A DNA stretch of 52,427 nucleotides from Candidatus Heimdallarchaeota archaeon (GTDB lineage Archaea > Asgardarchaeota > Heimdallarchaeia > Heimdallarchaeales > Heimdallarchaeaceae), in NCBI GenBank assembly GCA_018238545.1, contig JABCTC010000024.1:1-52427 (forward strand), written 5' to 3'. Every line of letters begins with the position of its first letter. Position 1 is the stretch's first letter. Shown piece by piece: positions 27,201-35,617 of the stretch. The notes under the pieces were generated by a model. The model had not been told where the DNA came from, did no database searches, and saw only the letters and a list, made by a program, of their open reading frames with translations. Made by a program: the position numbers and the translations under genes.

Positions 27201-29475
27201 CTGGGAGGCTGTGAGTATAGATGAAGCAACTAATCAAGCTATTCTTCAACCAATAAAACATTGGATTAAAGGAAACAGTGAACAATGGATCAAAATCAGA
27301 ACTGAAACTGGGAGAACTATTAAGATGACTCCTAATCATAATGCTTTGATTTGGAACCCATCCAGTAAACTTACTACAACGACTAAAGCAAAATATCTAC
27401 AGATTGGAGATTATATCCCTATAGTAAGGAAAACCCCAATACCTATTATTCAACCCCCAGCGAATGTAAATATTCTAAAGGAATTGTCATCTTTACCTGA
27501 TACTGCCAAATTCTTAAAATTCAAACATCAAGTACGTTTGCGTGGAGCAAATAGCTGGATGAAAGCTAAAATTTTTGCTTTTGCCAAGAGAAAAAACATA
27601 ATTGGTTCTAGTAAAGAATATATTAAGTTTCCAAAACAAATTAGAGAATACTTTTTGAACATATTACCAGAAAAACCAATGAAACAACCATTATCTTCTG
27701 ATTGGTTTAAGTCAATTCCTCTAAGCCACCTTAAAGTTTTACAAGAAATAAACGTATTTCAATGGGATGATGTCCCTCCTGGTGCAAGATTAGGTATGGC
27801 AAGAGATGATCATACTGTATCTCCATATGTGCCATTTACTACTGATTTGATGAGATTGTTAGGGTATCTAATAGCAGAAGGATACATCAGAGACGAAAGG
27901 ACATGCTATCAAACTAATTTCAGCGTTCCAAATCCAGTTCTAAGAAAACATGTCAGACATTTAATAAAAACAGTATTAGGATCCAAACCCTATCATAAAA
28001 AGGATAACCATCAACTAGTACACACTGGAAGAATACATGCATACTTATTTGCCTATAAATTTGGCATTGGAAGAAACGCTTATAGTAAAAGATTACCAAA
28101 TTTTTCATATTCTCTACCTGAAGATTACAAATACTCTCTTCTTTCTGCTTATATCGATGGCGATGGAAGTATACCTTCAAGTGATTCATCGATCATAATG
28201 TATTCTGTGTCAAAGAAACTACTAGAAGACATCGGTCTTCTGTTAAATTCACTAGGCATATTTTATAGAAAAAGAAAAGAATCTCCTCCTGCTCACTATG
28301 GTAAAAAGATATTGGCACGATACAAAGAGCTCAAGAAAACTCCAAAACAATCCATAGTACACAGAATATCAATTAGAGGACCGGATCTAAAGATATTAAC
28401 TGACCTAGTTTTTTATCATAAAAACAAGCAGAAAAATGCAAATAGAATACTTAGAAAGGGTTTTTCTAAGAAGAAAATTATCAGGAAAACAGATGGAACT
28501 TATCTTACTCTTGAAGAGAGTTCAGATATAATTGTTGATACAATTACCAATATTGAAATAGAAAATACTTTGGATAATTCATATTGTCTTGAAACATCAT
28601 CGAAAAATGAAAAGCCAACATTTCACAATTTCTCAACTACAAGCCTTCTAACAGTCAACTGTGACGGAGATGAAGATAGTTGTATACTTGCTCTTGACGC
28701 TTTTCTTAATTTTTCTCGTTCCTATCTTCCTGAAATTCGCGGTGGCAAGATGGATGCTCCCTTGATTCTTGTTTCTAATCTTAATCCCCATGAAGTCGAT
28801 GATGAATCCCACAATGTTGATACTTGTGTGAAATACCCTCTTACCTTTTATGAAGCAACTTTAGCTAGAAAATCTCCTAAAGACGTTCTTACCCTTATAG
28901 ATATGATCAGTAATCGATTAAGTGATGAGAGTGCTTACGAAGGTTTTCTATATTCTCACGAAACATCTCACATCTTTGAGGGACCAGAATCTACTGCTTA
29001 TAAGAATCTTAAAACAATGAGCGACAAGGTTTATGCTCAACTTCATGTTGCTAAATTGATTAAAGCTGCAGACATAAAGGATGTTGCAACAAAAATAATA
29101 GAAAATCACTTCATACCTGATATGATAGGTAATCTCCGAGCCTTTGGTTCTCAGAAAATTAGATGTACCAATTGTGGTAATAAGACATATCGAAGAATGC
29201 CTCTAACAGGGGTTTGTTCAAAGTGTGGCGAGGCTAAATTGAATTTAACCGTATACCCTGCATCTGTATCAAAGTACTTTGCTATGGCTAGTTCATTGGT
29301 AGAGGAATATGATCTTTCTGAATATTTGAAGAATAGATTAGCCATTATGAAACACAACTTGGAATCATTATTTGGCGAGGAAGCTTTAGTATCTTCAAAA
29401 GGAAAGGAACCTAAAAAGATAAAAGAATCAGTTCAGTTGTCAAAATTTTTTAAGAAATACAGTTCTGACAAGTGA
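24295..29475 (+). CDS. polC: DNA polymerase D large subunit DP2 (intein-containing)
   Basis: YSGPIRSAGGT, GFRLRYGRSR, RMGRPEKA, HAAKRRN|CDGDED catalytic motif and Zn fingers. Confidence 0.97.
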   Translation: MVNQITQNQNLSINMQDYFDRLNDQLHVIYNIAEKARKQGLDPSLNVETPIAKDIADRVEGLIGPEGVGVRIRELEKQNLSREQVAFRIAGEICDQQLIKGAKEILADQALRTSLAVITESITAAPIEGIAKVKIKQNDDGTDYLAVYYSGPIRSAGGTAAGMSVLLGDFIRKRLKIGKYQPDQREVERYVEELELYNRVSHLQLPTTKEEQRFAAQNLPIEISGEPTDKVEVTGNRDLRRIETNRLRGGACLVFNDGLVGRSKKLIKKIKENKLDGWDWLNKLIEIHGKSSSVSDEESDTEFDEEEEMEIEVEEEIASDMGYIKDVIGGRPVFAHPSEKGGFRLRYGRSRTTGLAGMGIHPALMGLVDDFLACGTHVRTERPGKGAIVMPVDSIHPPIVKLKNGDVVKIESYAEAIAVRENLLEILFLGDMLYGVGEFNQNNFDLIPSGYCEEWWAQELEKAFVDYKETTDIKINNKLLEKIDGFIHHPHNSIPSPQEALELSDKLDLPLHPEYTYHWSDISIEEYKLLRNHIKSNSNFDTNILEIEHKPEVKKILESICIPHKLVQDKIVLDLHSLPLLNTIGYVEGKLLQISKKKGRLIDLINSLKNVNIRNKCPVYTGARMGRPEKAKDRRMKPPVQLLFPIGDAGGRLRDLFVAATHKNINVELSRRLCPSCGTLTHNILCSTCNAPTIVSAICSSCNLETTEDRCSKCGRMTQHYQTVNYPLANQIEEAKKRIGPPIPKKVKTIKKLMNKLRAPELIDKGILRAKHDLFVYRDGTIRFDSTDAVLTHFKPSEIGATIQQLHDQGYSADINGKPLVSSDQIVELKIQDIVLNIDGGHHLARVTNFIDELLEKVYGLPHYYNVKKPSDLIGKLVMGLAPHTSAGIVGRIIGFTKAKVNFAHPYWHAAKRRNCLSKDEEILIWDNNARQLIRKNIGEIVDELVALGAQQEIVDDYGTLAIENLHPHWEAVSIDEATNQAILQPIKHWIKGNSEQWIKIRTETGRTIKMTPNHNALIWNPSSKLTTTTKAKYLQIGDYIPIVRKTPIPIIQPPANVNILKELSSLPDTAKFLKFKHQVRLRGANSWMKAKIFAFAKRKNIIGSSKEYIKFPKQIREYFLNILPEKPMKQPLSSDWFKSIPLSHLKVLQEINVFQWDDVPPGARLGMARDDHTVSPYVPFTTDLMRLLGYLIAEGYIRDERTCYQTNFSVPNPVLRKHVRHLIKTVLGSKPYHKKDNHQLVHTGRIHAYLFAYKFGIGRNAYSKRLPNFSYSLPEDYKYSLLSAYIDGDGSIPSSDSSIIMYSVSKKLLEDIGLLLNSLGIFYRKRKESPPAHYGKKILARYKELKKTPKQSIVHRISIRGPDLKILTDLVFYHKNKQKNANRILRKGFSKKKIIRKTDGTYLTLEESSDIIVDTITNIEIENTLDNSYCLETSSKNEKPTFHNFSTTSLLTVNCDGDEDSCILALDAFLNFSRSYLPEIRGGKMDAPLILVSNLNPHEVDDESHNVDTCVKYPLTFYEATLARKSPKDVLTLIDMISNRLSDESAYEGFLYSHETSHIFEGPESTAYKNLKTMSDKVYAQLHVAKLIKAADIKDVATKIIENHFIPDMIGNLRAFGSQKIRCTNCGNKTYRRMPLTGVCSKCGEAKLNLTVYPASVSKYFAMASSLVEEYDLSEYLKNRLAIMKHNLESLFGEEALVSSKGKEPKKIKESVQLSKFFKKYSSDK
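27040..28659 (+). mobile_element. 540-aa intein with LAGLIDADG homing endonuclease in DP2
   Basis: Starts CLSKDE, block B TPNH, motifs LLGYLIAEG and LLSAYIDGDG, ends HNF...TVN before the +1 Cys. Confidence 0.93.
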
Positions 29476-29569
29476 GTGCTCGTTCTTGACAAATTATATG
29501 CTTTTTTGAGCTATTTTATATCTAACGAATCATTTTTAATTATCTATAATTATTGGGAGTTGACTTGTT

Positions 29570-30388
29570 ATGGTGAAAGAGACAGAAAAACAATCTGCTC
29601 TTCAGATGAGGGCCTTACTTAACCCTACTGGAAAGAATAAGTGGATTTATGCTACAATTTCATTCATTGTTGTTGTGATTCTAACAATACTCTTGTATTT
29701 CGTACCAGACTATTTCTTCCTTGAGAAACTTACTAGTGACACGGTTTTTGAAATCTTAGAATTGTATCAATATGAAATCACATTTGATGGGTATTGGTCT
29801 GAAAGTGATTCATCAAGTTCATTTGTTGCATTGTTCATAAGAATCCTTACGGGATGGGGTACTCATGACGATCTTACTCCCGTGATACGTTCTGTGACTG
29901 CACAAAGAAGATTTGCCGTTGTGCGTGCATGCACAGGTATGCAGGCAGGAGCTCTTCTCATAGGTTTAATCGTTGTTACCCCAGCAGATTTTTGGAAAAA
30001 AGTCAAGGCAACCTTCTTTACAATTGTCGCATTGATTATAGGTAATTTCCTAAGAATCGCACTTGTTATTGGAATGACCGTTACTCTTCAAATGACCTAT
30101 GGAGTTTCTAATGACGCCGCATGGTATTGGGCACACGATGTTTTAGGAAAACCTATAGGTTTCTTTGGCACTATATTCTTTGCATTAATCATAGAGAATC
30201 AAGGTGTTCCTATTCTTAATACAGTAAGCTTATGGATAGATTCCTTGATTGATTTGTTTGGGTTCGTGTACCACAAAGCTATTCTTCCACCTCTAATTTT
30301 CATGGGCTTAATTAGCAGTAAAAAGACCAATGAAGCAGATACAACTGTAGATAATGATACAAAGGAACAGAAAGAAAAAACGGCATAG
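29570..30388 (+). CDS. Exosortase/archaeosortase-family membrane protein
   Basis: VVRACTG (Cys), NFLRI (Arg) and WAHD (His) in a multi-TM protein. Confidence 0.8.
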   Translation: MVKETEKQSALQMRALLNPTGKNKWIYATISFIVVVILTILLYFVPDYFFLEKLTSDTVFEILELYQYEITFDGYWSESDSSSSFVALFIRILTGWGTHDDLTPVIRSVTAQRRFAVVRACTGMQAGALLIGLIVVTPADFWKKVKATFFTIVALIIGNFLRIALVIGMTVTLQMTYGVSNDAAWYWAHDVLGKPIGFFGTIFFALIIENQGVPILNTVSLWIDSLIDLFGFVYHKAILPPLIFMGLISSKKTNEADTTVDNDTKEQKEKTA

Positions 30389-30549
30389 CCTAGATTTATC
30401 TGAGCTTTTTTTAACTATTTTTCATTTTAATAATAGAATTCTTAGATTCCGAAGGCTAGTTAAGACTAAAGTTTTACATTGATACCATCAATAACTTTTA
30501 TTAAATGAATTTACATATATATTCTCGAATATATCTAAAGTGAAGCGCC

Positions 30550-31533
30550 ATGAGGTACTTGGAAGTTCAGGAAAATGGTTCCTTAGTAGAAAGCCAAGAA
30601 TTAGAGCTTGGAAACCAGAAAGTACTGATCATTGTTGACGAAAACGAAAAAAGAATGTGGCTATGGAAAGGTTCAGAGTGCCCAATAAGGAAGAAATTCA
30701 TTGGAAGTAGAGCCTTATCAGATTTGAGGAAAAAAGAATATGGTTTTGCTTATGTGCCACAAACTTGTGATCAAGCTGATGAAACAGCAGAATTTGTAGC
30801 TATGTTGAAGAAGATAAATAAAGAAGATCTTGTTCCTGCTACCGTTAGAAATAGAGCTGAAGAGATTATTGAGAGACAAAAACGAATAAATGTATTTGAT
30901 GAATCTCAAGCACTTGATGCTTCTAGACCAGTTACTGTCGAAGTTGAAGAAGGTGGTGCTCAGTTGAAAGATCGTCCAACTCAAGTTTCATCGAACCAAT
31001 TGCCTGCCCACATTGCTAAGATGGGGGCGCCAGGTAATAGACCAACACCTTCAATATTATCCGCTCTTGAAGCAGAATCAATTGAGATTAAGAAACCCGA
31101 AGACTTATCGCCTGTTGGTTCTTCCCCAACAACCACAACTGCAACCTCAGCACCTGCAACCTCAGCACCTGCAACTATTACACCTACTGCTACACCTGTA
31201 CCTGCTGCCAAAGTTGAGGAATCTATGCTTGAAAAATCCTTGAAAATTTTGAAAGATTTAGGAACTCCAAAGGGCTTCTTTAGAGACTTAGTTATTATTG
31301 GAAATAAAGTATACACTGAAACATACACCGGTGCTTTCGAAGAGCTTGATGAACCTCCTGAAGGTATATTCTTCTCAAGTTCTCATGTTCCTCGAATGAT
31401 CTGTGAAAATGGTTTTGTGAGAGCAATTGAGTTCTTAAAACCAGAAGAAGGTGCTGAACTAAGTGAAGAAGATGAAAAAATAGCCCAAGATATTGAAGAC
31501 TTACTTTCAATGTTTGAGATTGAAGTGGGGTAA
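30550..31533 (+). CDS. Gelsolin-like domain protein with P/T/A-rich linker and acidic tail
   Basis: VLIIVD...MWLWKG.....KKF gelsolin-core pattern; ATSAP repeats. Confidence 0.7.
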   Translation: MRYLEVQENGSLVESQELELGNQKVLIIVDENEKRMWLWKGSECPIRKKFIGSRALSDLRKKEYGFAYVPQTCDQADETAEFVAMLKKINKEDLVPATVRNRAEEIIERQKRINVFDESQALDASRPVTVEVEEGGAQLKDRPTQVSSNQLPAHIAKMGAPGNRPTPSILSALEAESIEIKKPEDLSPVGSSPTTTTATSAPATSAPATITPTATPVPAAKVEESMLEKSLKILKDLGTPKGFFRDLVIIGNKVYTETYTGAFEELDEPPEGIFFSSSHVPRMICENGFVRAIEFLKPEEGAELSEEDEKIAQDIEDLLSMFEIEVG

Positions 31534-31574
31534 TCCACCTCTTAATCTATTTTTTATTTGTGTAAGGTGTTTTA

Positions 31575-31856
31575 ATGATAAAATATTTTCTTACATTACA
31601 TCTCCACCCCTCCATTCCCTCAGATGTTAATATATTGAAGGGAGAAGTTACCAATGAAATGACTTTACTTGAAGGGGTAATTTTACTTCTGAGTAAAAAC
31701 AAAAATGTTTCTGATCTTCTTATAATTAATAACGATATTCGACCGGGATATCTATTAATTGCTGAAAAAATTGAGTTGAGAACGACAAAGAAATTGTTTA
31801 ACAAAATCGGGTCTAACTTAGAAATAAAAATAATACCCATTTCTCACGGTGGATAA
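31575..31856 (+). CDS. Urm1/SAMP-like ubiquitin-fold modifier
   Basis: IRPGYLLI and C-terminal IIPISHGG. Confidence 0.8.
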   Translation: MIKYFLTLHLHPSIPSDVNILKGEVTNEMTLLEGVILLLSKNKNVSDLLIINNDIRPGYLLIAEKIELRTTKKLFNKIGSNLEIKIIPISHGG

Positions 31857-31944
31857 AGGAGATATTATTCATTTACTAAGTTAGAAAAACATCTTTAGAT
31901 ATATTTTTATTTAAAATACGTTTTTAACAAATTGCTTGATGTGT

Positions 31945-32030
31945 GCCAGGATAGCCAAGCGGACAACGGCGCTGGTCTTGAAAATCAGTTCCTTTAAGGA
32001 TCCGGGGTTCAAATCCCCGTCCTGGCTCCA
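31945..32030 (+). tRNA. tRNA-Ser(TGA)
   Basis: GCCAGGA/TCCTGGC acceptor stem, loop CTTGAAA, long variable arm, TTCAAAT T-loop, encoded CCA. Confidence 0.92.
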
Positions 32031-32084
32031 CTGCCTCAATTCTTTCTAAAATGAGGACTTTCATAAAAGTAGGGTGAAAATTGT

Positions 32085-34178
32085 TTGCCGCCAATCAAAG
32101 GACCATATGTACTGGGTGTAGCTGAGAAACCTCAAGCTGCAAGTAGATTAGCAAGAGCACTCGATGAGAACAAAAAACCAGTTCTTAAGAAAATAAAAGG
32201 TGTTCCTGTTTACATAAGCTTGAGAAATGGGAAAAAAATAGTAATTGTTCCAGCAATAGGTCATTTACTCACATTATCTCCATTAAGTAAATCTTGGAAT
32301 TACCCAGTGTTAGATTACCATTGGATTCCAAGTCATATTGCAAATTCGAAAGCGAGAACAAAGAACTTTGTAGATACGTTTAAATCTCTTTCAAAAGAAG
32401 CTTCAGAAATAATTGTAATGACAGATTATGACAGAGAAGGAGAAGTCATAGGTTTCTTAATTTTGAAGTATTTACTAGGGAAAAATAACGCAGAAAGAAT
32501 GAAGTTTTCCACGCTAACTGCAAGGGACATTAACGAAGCTTATTCTAAACGGAGTAAACAACTTGATGTAGGATTTTTGAATTCTGGATTATTGCGTCAT
32601 TATGTTGATTGGTTGTATGGAATAAATTACTCTAGAGCATTAAGCTTAGCATTGAAACGTGTTTCAAATAGATTCAAAACAATATCAATTGGAAGAGTGC
32701 AGGGTCCTACGCTTGGTGCAGTTGTAAATTTAGAAAATGAGATTAATATATTTGTACCTATTCCATTTTGGACAATTGAAAGCGAAGCTATTATCAATAA
32801 AAAGAAATTCAAAGCCTTTTATGAAAAAACACAACTTGATAAGGAAAAGGAAGCAAAAATAGTTGTAAAAGACTGTCAAAGCTTGGTTGGCATTGTTACC
32901 GATATTTCAGATGAGCAAAAGCCAATGTACTCGTTCCCCCCTTTTAATTTGGGAGATCTTCAAAGAGAATCCTATAAACATTTTAAATATTCTCCAAGTA
33001 AGACCTTAAAAATTGCTGAGTCACTTTATTTAAAAGCGACAATTTCTTATCCACGTACTGATAGTCAAAAACTTCCAATGACACTAGGTCACAAAATTAT
33101 TCTTACAAAAATTGGAAATCAGACTGTTTATGGCACTTTCATAATTGAAATACTAAAACGCAAAAAATTCAAACCAAGGGAAGGAAGAAAGACAGATGCA
33201 GCACATCCTGCTATACACCCTACCGGGAACCCCCCCAAAACCTTGAACTCTGAAGAAAAAAAACTCTATGACTTAATTGTAAGAAGATACCTATCTTTAT
33301 TTGGGAAACCTGCTTTAATATCGAAAAAGAAAATTGAAATTACAGTAGAAGGTCATAAATTTGAAGTGCGAGGAAGCAAAATCATAGACGAGGGATGGAT
33401 AAAATACTACAAACCCTATTTCTATATGAGTGAAAGTTTAATTCCTGATATTGCATTGAAAAGCCAAGTTAACTTCTCATTTATTGAATCAAAAGAAGAT
33501 TTCAGTTCTCCACCTAGACGATTTAATGAATCTACACTTCTGAACAAAATGGAACAAGAAAAAATTGGAACTAAGGCTACACGTGCAGGGATTATTGAAA
33601 CTTTATTTGATCGGGGATATATTGGAGGTAGCGAGATTAGACCAACCCCTTTGGGCACTGCTGTAGTTGGTGTTTTAAATTCTCATTATCCCGTGTTGAT
33701 CAAATCAGATATGACAAGAGAACTAGAAACTACGATGGAAGAAGTGCAAGAAAAACAGAGCAATATTAACGAAATATTGATTTCCATAAAGAAAAATCTA
33801 AGAGATTCGCTCAATGTTTTCCATGAAAACGAGACAGAAATAGGTATTTCTCTTTATCAAAACTTGCTTAATATAGAGAAAAAAGACCCTGTTCTAATAG
33901 GGAAATGCCCAGAGTGTAAAGTTGGTGATTTACGAATTATTAAATCAAGAAAATCTGGTAAGAGATTTATTGCTTGTTCATCATATTTTGATAAAGAAAT
34001 TAATTGCACAGTAACTTTCCCCTTACCTAATTATGGAACAATAAAACCTACAGATAAAAAATGCACATTTGATGGTTTACCTATGGTTGAATGGCAAACA
34101 GGAAGAAATAAGCGAGTTATGTGCGTATCTATGGATTGTCCTTCTAAGGCTAACATAAAAGGAAGAAAGAAAAAATGA
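32085..34178 (+). CDS. topA: Type IA DNA topoisomerase
   Basis: AEKP, DYDREGE, GRVQGP, ISYPRTDS, AHPAIHPT and C-terminal Zn ribbons. Confidence 0.95.
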   Translation: MPPIKGPYVLGVAEKPQAASRLARALDENKKPVLKKIKGVPVYISLRNGKKIVIVPAIGHLLTLSPLSKSWNYPVLDYHWIPSHIANSKARTKNFVDTFKSLSKEASEIIVMTDYDREGEVIGFLILKYLLGKNNAERMKFSTLTARDINEAYSKRSKQLDVGFLNSGLLRHYVDWLYGINYSRALSLALKRVSNRFKTISIGRVQGPTLGAVVNLENEINIFVPIPFWTIESEAIINKKKFKAFYEKTQLDKEKEAKIVVKDCQSLVGIVTDISDEQKPMYSFPPFNLGDLQRESYKHFKYSPSKTLKIAESLYLKATISYPRTDSQKLPMTLGHKIILTKIGNQTVYGTFIIEILKRKKFKPREGRKTDAAHPAIHPTGNPPKTLNSEEKKLYDLIVRRYLSLFGKPALISKKKIEITVEGHKFEVRGSKIIDEGWIKYYKPYFYMSESLIPDIALKSQVNFSFIESKEDFSSPPRRFNESTLLNKMEQEKIGTKATRAGIIETLFDRGYIGGSEIRPTPLGTAVVGVLNSHYPVLIKSDMTRELETTMEEVQEKQSNINEILISIKKNLRDSLNVFHENETEIGISLYQNLLNIEKKDPVLIGKCPECKVGDLRIIKSRKSGKRFIACSSYFDKEINCTVTFPLPNYGTIKPTDKKCTFDGLPMVEWQTGRNKRVMCVSMDCPSKANIKGRKKK

Positions 34179-34414
34179 TTGATAAAAAGTGTAAGATATG
34201 TCAAGATGAAATAGACAAATCTTCTGGTAAGTTCTGTTCTAACCATAAACTTGCAAAATCTAAGTTACAAAATGGTTATGAATTGTGGTTGAAAGCATAT
34301 GATTCACTTCCATATGATGATTTTCTGCGACAATTACTGGATTTAGGAGATCTTGTGGGTGCTCTTGTAAAGGATATTACAGAGTTTGAATTATATTTTC
34401 AAGAAACTAAATGA
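34175..34414 (+). CDS. Small zinc-binding hypothetical protein
   Basis: CKIC...FCSNH; ATGA overlap with the topA stop. Confidence 0.7.
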   Translation: MIDKKCKICQDEIDKSSGKFCSNHKLAKSKLQNGYELWLKAYDSLPYDDFLRQLLDLGDLVGALVKDITEFELYFQETK

Positions 34415-34457
34415 GAAACACTTGTTCTCATCGTCTTGTTTTTCAAAATTAGTCTTA

Positions 34458-34697
34458 TTAGGAGAATAAAGCAGTATGAATCTGTTCTCTCTCCGGAAGA
34501 CCTTCAATTTTTGTTTTCCCTACAAAAATAGTTGGAATTGAAGATATTTTTTGTTGACTCTCCCCATTGACTTTTATGCTTCTATACTGAAACAAGCCAC
34601 CATACTCTTCTAGAACCGTTTTGAGAATCTTCTCAGCCACGCTACAGTAGGGACATTCTTCTGAAGTATACAAAACGATTTCCTTCATTTCATACAT
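34458..34697 (-). CDS. Glutaredoxin/thioredoxin-like protein
   Basis: CPYC and SIPTIFV. Confidence 0.88.
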   Translation of the reverse strand: MYEMKEIVLYTSEECPYCSVAEKILKTVLEEYGGLFQYRSIKVNGESQQKISSIPTIFVGKTKIEGLPEREQIHTALFS

Positions 34698-34800
34698 TTT
34701 CTGTACTTATAGCTTAAAAGAACAACAAAAATTTTGAGACTAGCTAGGATGATATGTAAATATTACAACTTATTTTTGTAATAACAGTTGTTTGATAAAA

Positions 34801-35064
34801 TTAAATAGAATCACAAATACACGGTTTTTTATTGCATTTTGGACACGCTTGATTATACTTCTCTTTGAAAGCATCTGAGAGGTTTATGTTGTATAAGTTC
34901 GCAATACTAAACACCCAAGCTATAATATCAGCCATTTCTTCTGATACTTTCTCTTCATCCTCCAGAAGAATTGCTTCTGCAAGTTCTCCAACTTCTTCTA
35001 TAAGTTTGAGCATAGTTTTCTCCTTTCCTCTCTTAAAATCTTTCTCCAGATAAAGATCTTTCAT
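34801..35064 (-). CDS. MazG-like NTP pyrophosphohydrolase
   Basis: EEVGELAEA, EEMADI and C-terminal CPKC..PC.C. Confidence 0.88.
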   Translation of the reverse strand: MKDLYLEKDFKRGKEKTMLKLIEEVGELAEAILLEDEEKVSEEMADIIAWVFSIANLYNINLSDAFKEKYNQACPKCNKKPCICDSI

Positions 35065-35121
35065 AAGTTCTTGAAATTCGTGAATATTACCACACTCTTT
35101 GCAATTATTAAAAATTCTATT

Positions 35122-35316
35122 TTAGGGGGCTACGTAGAAAATATTACCCAGAATAACCGCTATAATCAATATTACGGAAAGAGCTACAATATACCATGGA
35201 CCAATTTTAACACCAGGTAAATCCTCATCATAATATCTCATCAAACCAGCACCGGTTGCAGGCATTGGGCTAGTGTCCTTTTTTTTCTTCTTCTGAGATT
35301 TACTCATACTAATCAA
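35122..35316 (-). CDS. secG: Preprotein translocase Sec61beta subunit
   Basis: GAGLMRYYDE...KIGP plus a single C-terminal TM helix. Confidence 0.88.
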   Translation of the reverse strand: MISMSKSQKKKKKDTSPMPATGAGLMRYYDEDLPGVKIGPWYIVALSVILIIAVILGNIFYVAP

Positions 35317-35409
35317 ATGCTGCTAGCCGCAGTGGTATATATTATTTTTTATCAGATACCTTTATGTGTTGAAGATGAATTAAGAGTTGTAGAACCGAGA
35401 AAATGAAGG

Positions 35410-35504
35410 TGGCGACCCCGACGCGATTCGAACGCGCGACCACCAACTTCCTTCGTTGATAAAGATTAGAAGGCTGGTGCTCTATCCAACTGAGCTACGG
35501 GGTC
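35410..35504 (-). tRNA. tRNA-Arg(TCT) with an 18-nt intron at 37/38 (about 35449-35466)
   Basis: GACCCCG/CGGGGTC stem, anticodon TCT, intron GAAG pairs with CTTC (relaxed BHB), encoded CCA. Confidence 0.92.
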
Positions 35505-35617
35505 AATTTGTTCTATCATCATCTTCAAAGTTTTTTTCTTAAACTTTTTGATTAAAGTTTCAATATTCGATTCGAAACTTATTTAATCTCAAAATATCTC
35601 TCAAACCATGTTTATCA

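Noticed and set aside
31945-32030. tRNA-Sec
   Set aside because: The anticodon is TGA (Ser), not TCA, and the acceptor and T stems are the standard 7/5 bp.
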